IMG/VR virus record: IMGVR_UViG_3300005805_000396
Location: 1 to 26,749 of that record
Reading direction: 5' to 3' (one strand)
DNA: 26,749 nt
Source of the DNA: a virus
Taxonomy: Duplodnaviria > Caudoviricetes
Below, one piece after another: positions 1-8,121 of this stretch. A program made the translations under genes and the position numbers. Below the pieces are notes generated by a model. The model ran no database searches, was not told where the DNA came from, and was given only the letters and a program-made list of their open reading frames with translations. How positions within the stretch are numbered: the first letter of the stretch is position 1; each line of letters begins with the position of its first letter.

Positions 1-1
1 T

Positions 2-3000
2 GCAGGTGCAGGTATTGCCGGAACACCAAATACAGGTGGCGGTGGTGGTGGGGGCGGTACTACCGGAGGAAACGGTGGTGATGGCGTTGTAATTTTAGCC
101 TATCCAATTAATACTCCCACTGTGGTTACTATTGTAAACACAACTAGTATAAGTTTGTTTTCAGGACTCACTATTACACCAACCACACCTATCAGCGGAA
201 CTGGGGGCGTGGGTCCAAGACAGTTTTCTGTAAGTCCATCATTACCAAACAGTTTATTGTTTAATATTTCAACCGGAGAGATAACTGGATCTGTTGATCA
301 AAATATCACAATCGACGGATCTGTTACAACCACTACCTATCAAGTCACTGTAACAGACAGTTTATTTGCAAGATCAACAGGAACCTTTACCTTACAGGTA
401 ACACATTTACCTTCTCCGGTAGCTACTGGAGGAACTACTTCAACTATTTTGTTAGGTGGTAGTAACTATAGAATACACAGATTTAATTCCAGCGATAACT
501 TTAGCATCGCTACAACGGCTACGGTAGATTATCTCATTGTAGGCGCCGGTGGCGGTGGCGGTAGCGACATGGGCGGTGGTGGTGGTGCTGGAGGTATGAT
601 TGAGGGCAGCGTATTGCTTTCGTCAGGAACCTATAGTGTAATAGTTGGAGCAGGTGGCGCTGGTGCTCCTGCGGGTATAAGTCAGGTGAGAGGAGGAACA
701 GGTGGTAGTAGTTCATTTAATCCTGTAGGATTTAAGGGACATAGTTTAGCCTTTGACGGTGCAGGCGATGCTATCAGTGTGAATTCTTCTGCTGTTCTTG
801 GTACTCAGGTATTTTGCTTTGAAGGATGGATCTATAATCATAGATTAAAGAATTCATCAACACTAGTAACCACTAGACCAAATAACGGTAATTATGCAGA
901 TGCCTATCATGTGGGTTGGGATGCAAGTGGTATTATAAGGCTTCAAGTTAACGCTGTCAACTTTGCTTCATCACCAAGTAATGCAATTACTACCGGAACT
1001 TGGCAGCATGTTGCTGTATGTAGAAACAGTTCCAATAATGTAGGCATCTTTGTTAATGGAGTGAGAGTAGGATTTACTACTACTGTGGCCACAAACTTTA
1101 CAAGAACATTGATTGGCGTAGGAGATTTTCCAACTACACAATCTGAAAGTATAGATGGATTCATCAGCAATGCAAGAATCACTGCAGGCCACTCTATCTA
1201 TGATCCAACTCAAATAAGTTTTACAGTTCCAACTCAACCCCTAACAGCTACTACAGGTACTATAATGTTAGTGGCACAAGACTATGCATTGCAGGACAAT
1301 TCAGGAAATTCTTGGGGTGTAACCAATATTGGAAACACTGCTTTCAGTCATTTCAACCCTTTTAATAATTACGGATCTGCAGGCGGTGGTGGTGGTGCGT
1401 CTGAATATGGTAACAATAATAGTCCTGCTAGCTCTGGTGCATCTGGTGGTGGTACAGCCGGCGGATCAAGCACAACTGAAGGTAGATTTATTCCTGGCCA
1501 AGGTACTGGGGGTGCAACAGGCGGCGGAAACTACTATCCAGGTGGAGGTGGCGGTAGAATATCTGCGGGATTAATCAATCCTGCACACGGTGGTGCTGGT
1601 AAAACCAGTGCAATCTTAGGCACAACTTTTTACTGGTCAGGTGGTGGTGGTGGTGCAGGTTATAGCGGAAATCCTGGTAACGGTGGCCTTGGTGGCGGTG
1701 GTGGCGGTGCTCCAAGGCAGGGCACAAGCTTTGGTATGGGCGACACAAACGGTGTTAATGTTGCAGGAGACGCTACAGCAGGTACATTAAATGCTCAGAC
1801 TAACGTTCCAGGAGGTAATGGCGGAACAAACACCGGAGGTGGTGGCGGTGGTGGATCGCATTACAGTGCTAATAACTTTGGAGGTACTGGTGGGTCGGGC
1901 ATTGTTGTATTAAGATATAAAATCATTGCACAGCAGGTTGAGGCATACCTTTCCTCTACTGGTACTGTAACTTTAAACTATTACATACCAAATTCAGGAG
2001 TAACACCTGTATCAGCTAGATATGGTTCTCAACCCTACTCATTCTCTATTAGTCCAGGATTACCAAACGGATTGTCCTTTAATCAAACCAATGGTCAAAT
2101 TACTGGGCAACCTCTACAGAATACTCTTGCAAATTATACAGTAACGGTAATAGATGCTTCTAGTGCCACTTCAAGCAGATCATTCCTATTGTTGGCCAGT
2201 ACCAGTCCATTATATGCTCTTAGTTTAAGTGCGGAAACTGCTCTGTCTTTAACAATCATCAACCAGGTTGCATTCAAAGATAGAATTGCGCCAAGAGTTA
2301 ATTTTTATACTCCCGGTAGTTTCTTAAGACCAAGTCAAAGAGATTTCGAATTTAGATCTACTACAACAGTTTTAAATTTCAATATCGTTAACAAAACTCC
2401 CTTTATATCTAGTCCAGGAATAGCATTTGGATATAACTCTGGTACATTTGCTAATATAGCCACAGTTGACGTTCAATCTGCTAAAGGAAATTTAGTTGCT
2501 ACATTTGCATCAAGCTCTACAAATACCTATGCCATAATAAGAACTGAGGTATCTCTTGCTGAAAGAGCAGGCCAAGAAGTACGACCCTACCAAAGTATAT
2601 TTGCTAATACAAAACAGGTTTCTAATAATCTTTATGTAAGTATTCCCACAAAAGTTACATTAGATGCTGTACCATTTGACAATATTACTTCTAATTTTAA
2701 AAGCAGTTCTACAAACCTAGTTCTAATTACAAACACTAATATTTTTGGAGACGGTGTTACGACAGGAAAATTGCCTAGCAGCACCAGCAGCGCATTTATT
2801 TCAAAAATACCAAATGGTGGTACTACAGAATATGCAACAGCAGTAAGTTCTACTAAAAAATGGTATACTGCAGGAGAATATTATACAACAGCGTGTACGA
2901 CAATTACAGTAGTTTATCCTGCTGTAAATTCTATTTCTTTTCAATATGACCCTGTAGCATTTAATTTTACAGGAAAAACTGGATGGTCAAATGCTAACTC

Positions 3001-3622
3001 TATTTTAAAATCGCAAAACACAGTTTCTATAGGGACCTTTCAATTTGCTGTAAATCCAAGAGGTGGGGGTTCTCTTAACAATAAACTTAACACAGCAACT
3101 GATACGATGACGCGATTACCCGTTAATATTAAGTTCGATGCTGAAAGAAACGGCACAGTGCTGAGTAATTTTAAGAGTGCATCAACTAACACATACTTTA
3201 TATCCTTGCCTATAATTGTCTTAGAAGGAAGAAAGAATAATATTAGATACAATATGACTGCAAGTTTAATGGTTTCGTTGCCTTATAGTATAAAACTAAA
3301 CAGCGTTGCTAACCATACAATACCCAAAAACTTCCTTAGCAGCGCAACATTTAAATATGCAGTGGGTAGTTCTCCAATATTGAATCAGAGCACATTACCT
3401 CAACAGGTAAATATTGTTGGACAAGCACCTTGGTCGTTAAATATTGGTCAAAATCCAGAGCCTCTGAAATTTGTCATTGCAGATAGAAGTCAGGAACTTA
3501 TGGAAATTGATGGAGTGATTGAACAAATTGATGATTCTAACGATCCAAGATTAGTAGAAGTAAGAATACCAATATTTGTGGAAGGTTCAACTGGACAGCC
3601 TTCGCAGTTATGGTTTGGTTAA
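2..3622 (+). CDS. Large tail/head fibre-like virion protein, 5'-truncated: Gly-rich domains, two putative Ig (He_PIG-like) domains, LamG/ConA-like domain, Ser/Thr-rich C-terminal region
   Basis: The frame is open from base 2 (AGAGIAGTPNTGGGGGGGG...GVVILAYP) and continues into the 122 ORF, so the true start is upstream of the window. Ig-like motifs FSVSPSLP..FNISTGEITG and FSISPGLPNGLSFNQTNGQITG; Gly-rich motifs VDYLIVGAGGGGG and GGSGIVVLRY; LamG motifs WQHVAVCR, IFVNG, GFISNARIT. Confidence 0.8.
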   Translation, partial: AGAGIAGTPNTGGGGGGGGTTGGNGGDGVVILAYPINTPTVVTIVNTTSISLFSGLTITPTTPISGTGGVGPRQFSVSPSLPNSLLFNISTGEITGSVDQNITIDGSVTTTTYQVTVTDSLFARSTGTFTLQVTHLPSPVATGGTTSTILLGGSNYRIHRFNSSDNFSIATTATVDYLIVGAGGGGGSDMGGGGGAGGMIEGSVLLSSGTYSVIVGAGGAGAPAGISQVRGGTGGSSSFNPVGFKGHSLAFDGAGDAISVNSSAVLGTQVFCFEGWIYNHRLKNSSTLVTTRPNNGNYADAYHVGWDASGIIRLQVNAVNFASSPSNAITTGTWQHVAVCRNSSNNVGIFVNGVRVGFTTTVATNFTRTLIGVGDFPTTQSESIDGFISNARITAGHSIYDPTQISFTVPTQPLTATTGTIMLVAQDYALQDNSGNSWGVTNIGNTAFSHFNPFNNYGSAGGGGGASEYGNNNSPASSGASGGGTAGGSSTTEGRFIPGQGTGGATGGGNYYPGGGGGRISAGLINPAHGGAGKTSAILGTTFYWSGGGGGAGYSGNPGNGGLGGGGGGAPRQGTSFGMGDTNGVNVAGDATAGTLNAQTNVPGGNGGTNTGGGGGGGSHYSANNFGGTGGSGIVVLRYKIIAQQVEAYLSSTGTVTLNYYIPNSGVTPVSARYGSQPYSFSISPGLPNGLSFNQTNGQITGQPLQNTLANYTVTVIDASSATSSRSFLLLASTSPLYALSLSAETALSLTIINQVAFKDRIAPRVNFYTPGSFLRPSQRDFEFRSTTTVLNFNIVNKTPFISSPGIAFGYNSGTFANIATVDVQSAKGNLVATFASSSTNTYAIIRTEVSLAERAGQEVRPYQSIFANTKQVSNNLYVSIPTKVTLDAVPFDNITSNFKSSSTNLVLITNTNIFGDGVTTGKLPSSTSSAFISKIPNGGTTEYATAVSSTKKWYTAGEYYTTACTTITVVYPAVNSISFQYDPVAFNFTGKTGWSNANSILKSQNTVSIGTFQFAVNPRGGGSLNNKLNTATDTMTRLPVNIKFDAERNGTVLSNFKSASTNTYFISLPIIVLEGRKNNIRYNMTASLMVSLPYSIKLNSVANHTIPKNFLSSATFKYAVGSSPILNQSTLPQQVNIVGQAPWSLNIGQNPEPLKFVIADRSQELMEIDGVIEQIDDSNDPRLVEVRIPIFVEGSTGQPSQLWFG

Positions 3623-3635
3623 AACGGAGATTTTT

Positions 3636-3992
3636 ATGGGTCATTATGCAAAAGTTGAAAACGGAATTGTAACTCAAGTTATAGTAGCGGATCTGCCCTT
3701 CATACAGAGTGGGGCAGTAGGTGATCCAAGTTTGTGGGTACAAACAAGTTACAATACAAAAGGCGGACAGCATCCAGAAGGACGTCCTTTGCGTAAAAAT
3801 TATGCAGGAATTGGTTACACCTATGATTCAGGTAGAGACGCTTTCATACCACCAAAGCCTTGGCCAAGTTGGTTATTAGACGAGGAAACCTGTTTGTGGA
3901 ATCCTCCGGTGGCTTATCCCGAGGACGGTAAGTTCTATAGATGGGACGAACCGACAACTGCCTGGGTAGAAATGGAACCACCAGGAAACTGA
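3636..3992 (+). CDS. Conserved small phage protein that typically follows Gly-rich fibre genes (possible fibre assembly chaperone)
   Basis: GGAG SD before ATG 3636. MGHYAKV..VTQVIVAD, WVQTSYN, RKNYAGIGYTYD..DAFIPPKP..SW motifs are familiar from aquatic phage fibre loci. Confidence 0.7.
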   Translation: MGHYAKVENGIVTQVIVADLPFIQSGAVGDPSLWVQTSYNTKGGQHPEGRPLRKNYAGIGYTYDSGRDAFIPPKPWPSWLLDEETCLWNPPVAYPEDGKFYRWDEPTTAWVEMEPPGN

Positions 3993-4011
3993 TTAACCAA
4001 TCTAATCTAGC

Positions 4012-4038
4012 ATAATTACTGCAGTTCTGCAGGATTAT
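4012..4038 (+). promoter_or_regulatory. Hairpin sequestering the SD of the glycosyltransferase gene, overlapping a late-promoter-like CATAATTA (4011-4018)
   Basis: ATAATT-A-CTGCA[GTTC]TGCAG-GATTAT pairs across AGGA (4031-4034), directly before ATG 4039. Confidence 0.5.
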
Positions 4039-7000
4039 ATGAAAATAGGCATTATTGATATTATAGGTATACCCTATGACGGCGAAACTGTCTTCAAGCA
4101 AGGGCTAGGAGGCAGTGAAAGTGCAGTGTCTTTAGCTGCAAGAGAATTATCGAAAATTGGATTTTCCGTTACAGTTTTCAATCACTGTAATATTGATCAT
4201 GCTAGACCTGGTATCTACGACGGTGTGCTATATCGACCTCTGGAAGATCTACAACAGGATCATGAGTTCGATATTATTATAAGTTCTAGAACTGTAATAC
4301 CATTTACTGATCCCAAAGACTATGTAAAACTTCAAGATAACAGAAGTGATAAATTTTTATCCTATAATCTCTATGATAGAATTCTTACCAAGGCAAAAAT
4401 GCGTGTGCTATGGATGCACGATACTTTTTGTCTAGGAGACAATATTTTAGAAGAGTTAGTGGTAAACGATCGAATAACAGATGTGTTTACTCTCAGCGAT
4501 TGGCATCTGACCTACATCACAAACTGTAATCACGGACGACGTAGGAACTTTGAAGTTTTAAAAAGAAAAGTTTTCATTACTCGCAACGGAGTAAATCTTT
4601 ACAACACTGACGTAGATATAAAAGCCAAAGACAGAGATCTTTTTGTATACAATGCCAGTGTGACCAAAGGTATGATACCCTTGGTGCAAAACATTTGGCC
4701 GCATGTGAAGCGTCATATACCCTCTGCCAAATTAAAAGTTATTGGTGGTTACTACAGATTTAATTCTAATTCAGATCCCGATCAACAGGAAAAAGATTGG
4801 CGTAACATGGCCAATGACCCTGAGCTGGCTAAGTTAGATATAGAGTTTACAGGTGTTATATCACAAAAAGAAATAGCAGAGATATTGACTAAAGCAAACT
4901 TTATGATTTATCCTGCTGCATTTCCAGAAACGTTTGGCATAAGCTCCCTTGAAAGTTTGTGTTATAACACACCTTTAATTACCTGCAGATTTGGTGCATT
5001 GGAAGAAGTTGCAATTGAAAATGCTTGCTATCTGATAGACTATGCCATCGAGCCAAATAATCTTTTTCAAGACATAAACAAAGCTCAACAGATAGAGCAA
5101 TTTGTTAAAACTACAGTAGAAGCCTATAGAAATCCCTATCTACATCAGCAGAAACAATATTATTGTAATATTGTTAAAGATATTTCAGGATGGGACGGCG
5201 TAGCCCTTCAATGGAAACAACATTTCTATAAAAGACTTAATTGTTATTTGCCTAGAAATGAATACAGGCAGGTAAGCAAACTCAATAAGAGACTACATAA
5301 AGTATATGGTAGAAGATATCATAATCCTACAGAATTAGAATCTTACAAAACGGTTCCTGAACAACTCATCGTAGTTGTCAGTACTTTTTATAATTGCGAA
5401 AAATATATTGCTGATTGTATTAAAAGTGTAGCATCACAGGACTATGACAATTATCATCATTTTCTGATTGACGACGCTAGCACAGATAACACATTTGAGC
5501 TAGCTAAGACTGCTATAACAACTTTGCCTGATAGTTTGAGATCTAAATTTACATTGGTTAAAAATAAAGAAAATTGTGGAGCCGTACAAAATCAAATCAA
5601 TGTTTTTAGGCAAATAACTGATTCCAATAGCATTATAATGATACTAGATGGCGATGACTGTCTTGTCAATGACAACACCCTGTTCAATTATTATAACACT
5701 CTTTATGATGCTAATACTGAATTTAGTTACGGAAGTTGTTGGAGCATGGTTGACAAAATTCCTTTGATTAGTCAACCCTACCCAAAAGAAATTTTAGAAA
5801 ATAAGGCCTATAGACAATACCAGTTTAATTGGGGGATGCCTTATACTCACTTGAGAACCTTTAGAAAATATCTAATTGATCAGTGTAGAGACGAGGAGTT
5901 TAAAGACAATGAAGGCAATTGGTACAGAGCTGGGGGCGACGGCAGTGTATTTTATTCTCTTATTGAAAGGGCTGACCCTAATAAAATTAAATGTGTACAG
6001 GACATAGTTTACAACTATAATGATATAAATCCCTTAAATGATTATAAAATAAATGCAGCTCAGCAAAATAAAACTGCTAAAGAAATACAGAAGAAAAACA
6101 TGACTAAGAAAAAAATACTAATAGCAATTCCCACTGCAAAAAACATAGAAGTAGATACATTTAAAAGTATCTATGATTTAGAGGTACCTGATGGTTACGA
6201 AACTTACTTTCAGTACTTCTATGGTTACAACATTGATCAAATCAGGAACCTTATTGCGGATTGGGTAGTCAAAGGATACGACTATCTTTTCTCTGTAGAT
6301 AGCGATATTGCATTTGAACCAGACACATTAGTAAAACTTTTAGCACACGACAAAGATGTAGTGAGCGGTCTTTACATTCAACGTAAGCCAGGTCAGCATA
6401 TTTTGGAAATTTATCAAAAAAACGATCGCGGTGGTGTGAGCAATATTCCTTATGCCCAGATAAAAGATAATGGTTTAATTGAAATCGCAGGTTGCGGATT
6501 TGGTTGTGTGCTCATAAAGCAAAAAGTTTTTGCAGATGTTGGTTACCCGCAGTTTGAATACTTTGATGCCCTAGATCACAAAAACACTATCAGTGAAGAT
6601 GTAGATTTTTGCCGTAAAGCTCTAGCTAAAAACTTTACAATTTGGGCGGATACTTCAATAAAGTGTAGACACATAGGTAGCAAAGTGTTTACAATCGATG
6701 ATTCTATAACCAAAGAGCAATGGTCCCCAGAAGCACCTATTGAATTTAACATAGAAACAAGATTGCGCGATTTAGGTAGTCAGAGACTAATTCCGGGACA
6801 GCATTTAGATTATCTTTCTAAGTTAAAGCAGCAGGGATTTGAACCTAATGTCATCTATGACATTGGTAGTTGCGTACTACATTGGACTAATGAAGCAGAA
6901 AGAATTTGGCCTAATTCTCAATATGTGCTGTTTGAAGCCATGAGTTCAGTGGAGTTTTTATACAAGGAAAAAAACTACCCCTATCATATAGGGTTGCTGA

Positions 7001-7416
7001 GTGACAAAGCTGGAAAAGAAGTGGTATTTTATCAAAATGATTATCACCCCGGAGGAAACAGTTACTATAGAGAAAATGTACAGGTAAATCCAGAAGCAAA
7101 CAACTACTTCAATGAATCACACAGAAAGATTCTACAGAGTGACACGCTAGACGATGTTGTAAAGCAAAAAAATTTACCATTACCTGATCTAATTAAAATG
7201 GATATTCAAGGTGCAGAATTAGACGTTTTACGCGGAGGCAGAAATACTGTAATTAATGCCAAACATATTATACTAGAACTGCAATGCGTAGAGTGGAATC
7301 GCGGTGCACCCTTTAAAGATGATGTTATAGCTTATATGGATAGTATAGGCTACGATTGTTTGGGGTTGTTTAGCAATAACGGTCCTGACGGAGACTACCA
7401 TTTCGTAAAACGTTAA
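4039..7416 (+). CDS. Multidomain glycosyltransferase: GT-B (GT4-like) + GT2 + GT2-like + FkbM-family methyltransferase
   Basis: GT-B: GLGGSE, LWMHD, FPETFGISSLE. GT2: STFYNCEKYI, IDDASTD, LDGDD. Second GT-A: IAIPT, SVDSD, GFGCVLI, SEDVDFC. FkbM: YDIGS, LFEA, TLDD, IKMDIQGAE. Confidence 0.88.
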   Translation: MKIGIIDIIGIPYDGETVFKQGLGGSESAVSLAARELSKIGFSVTVFNHCNIDHARPGIYDGVLYRPLEDLQQDHEFDIIISSRTVIPFTDPKDYVKLQDNRSDKFLSYNLYDRILTKAKMRVLWMHDTFCLGDNILEELVVNDRITDVFTLSDWHLTYITNCNHGRRRNFEVLKRKVFITRNGVNLYNTDVDIKAKDRDLFVYNASVTKGMIPLVQNIWPHVKRHIPSAKLKVIGGYYRFNSNSDPDQQEKDWRNMANDPELAKLDIEFTGVISQKEIAEILTKANFMIYPAAFPETFGISSLESLCYNTPLITCRFGALEEVAIENACYLIDYAIEPNNLFQDINKAQQIEQFVKTTVEAYRNPYLHQQKQYYCNIVKDISGWDGVALQWKQHFYKRLNCYLPRNEYRQVSKLNKRLHKVYGRRYHNPTELESYKTVPEQLIVVVSTFYNCEKYIADCIKSVASQDYDNYHHFLIDDASTDNTFELAKTAITTLPDSLRSKFTLVKNKENCGAVQNQINVFRQITDSNSIIMILDGDDCLVNDNTLFNYYNTLYDANTEFSYGSCWSMVDKIPLISQPYPKEILENKAYRQYQFNWGMPYTHLRTFRKYLIDQCRDEEFKDNEGNWYRAGGDGSVFYSLIERADPNKIKCVQDIVYNYNDINPLNDYKINAAQQNKTAKEIQKKNMTKKKILIAIPTAKNIEVDTFKSIYDLEVPDGYETYFQYFYGYNIDQIRNLIADWVVKGYDYLFSVDSDIAFEPDTLVKLLAHDKDVVSGLYIQRKPGQHILEIYQKNDRGGVSNIPYAQIKDNGLIEIAGCGFGCVLIKQKVFADVGYPQFEYFDALDHKNTISEDVDFCRKALAKNFTIWADTSIKCRHIGSKVFTIDDSITKEQWSPEAPIEFNIETRLRDLGSQRLIPGQHLDYLSKLKQQGFEPNVIYDIGSCVLHWTNEAERIWPNSQYVLFEAMSSVEFLYKEKNYPYHIGLLSDKAGKEVVFYQNDYHPGGNSYYRENVQVNPEANNYFNESHRKILQSDTLDDVVKQKNLPLPDLIKMDIQGAELDVLRGGRNTVINAKHIILELQCVEWNRGAPFKDDVIAYMDSIGYDCLGLFSNNGPDGDYHFVKR

Positions 7417-7429
7417 CTCTGCAGATAGC

Positions 7430-7437
7430 GATAAATA
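7430..7437 (+). promoter_or_regulatory. T4-type late promoter box GATAAATA
   Basis: Intergenic, 6 nt before ATG 7444; matches the recurring NATAAATA motif. Confidence 0.65.
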
Positions 7438-7443
7438 GCTATT

Positions 7444-7779
7444 ATGAGAGCCACAGAAATTATCAGGGGATTGTTGGATTTAATAGATAAAGTAGACGAT
7501 TCTGCTGCAACTCCCAATGTAGAAGTTGAGCCTTTAGCAGCAGCTAACCCTGCAGTAACAGGCATTGATAGCAACAGATTTAAACACATTTTTGCTATGT
7601 TGGATGCTGAACGCTCTCATCCACCTATGTATAATAATAGCCCAAATGCGGTTGTTGCCGATATAGACGCAGTGACCTGTGATGCAGGGGGTGGTTGGAT
7701 GGGTCCTAAGAACCCTGCAGATATAAAAGCAGATTCAATCTCCATGTACCCTAACTATACAGCACAACCTAAAGGATAA
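7444..7779 (+). CDS. Hypothetical phage protein with MRATEI N-terminus
   Basis: 111 aa ORF directly after a late promoter box, probably with a very short leader. Confidence 0.7.
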   Translation: MRATEIIRGLLDLIDKVDDSAATPNVEVEPLAAANPAVTGIDSNRFKHIFAMLDAERSHPPMYNNSPNAVVADIDAVTCDAGGGWMGPKNPADIKADSISMYPNYTAQPKG

Positions 7780-7783
7780 AAAA

Positions 7784-8092
7784 ATGAGTCAGTATTATTC
7801 ACCATTTAAAATCAACGATGACAGCACAACAACTAATGTTGCCTACTATCAAAACGTGTCGTTAACAGGCAGTGCTGTTAGTACTAGCACAGCAATCACT
7901 GCACGTAGAATTCTTATTACCAACGGAGCTGCTCCAACGTTTGTGGCATTTGGTCCTGCACCGGTAGTAAGTGCTACAACAGGATTTCAACTACCTGCTA
8001 ACAGCGCAATGATTTTTAACTTTGAATCGGGCAATAAGGTAGCTGCTATCAGTGGATCAAACAATCTAATCAGCATCCTCGATCTTGACTAA
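7784..8092 (+). CDS. Small beta-rich virion structural protein (possible capsid decoration/spike base)
   Basis: AAGGA SD; 102 aa, rich in Ser/Thr/Ala; FVAFGPAP..TGFQLPANS..F..GNKVAAI resembles small jelly-roll phage decoration proteins. Confidence 0.5.
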   Translation: MSQYYSPFKINDDSTTTNVAYYQNVSLTGSAVSTSTAITARRILITNGAAPTFVAFGPAPVVSATTGFQLPANSAMIFNFESGNKVAAISGSNNLISILDLD

Positions 8093-8095
8093 TAG

Positions 8096-8121
8096 ATCAC
8101 AGATAGGAAACCTATCTTGAT
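8096..8121 (+). promoter_or_regulatory. Hairpin covering the SD and start codon of the 8120 gene
   Basis: ATCA-C-AGATAGG[AAA]CCTATCT-TGAT gives 11 bp with one bulge and includes AGGA and the AT of ATG 8120. Confidence 0.65.

Noticed and set aside
122-124. GTG start given for the first ORF
   Set aside because: The frame is open back to base 2 with Gly-rich coding sequence, so the gene starts upstream of the window.
540-1900. GGT/GGC runs as DNA repeats or G-quadruplex elements
   Set aside because: Fully explained by poly-Gly coding in the fibre protein.
3576-3635. Upstream extension of the 3636 gene (likewise 9930-9950 for the nuclease)
   Set aside because: These overlap the previous gene, and clear SD sequences precede ATG 3636 and ATG 9951.
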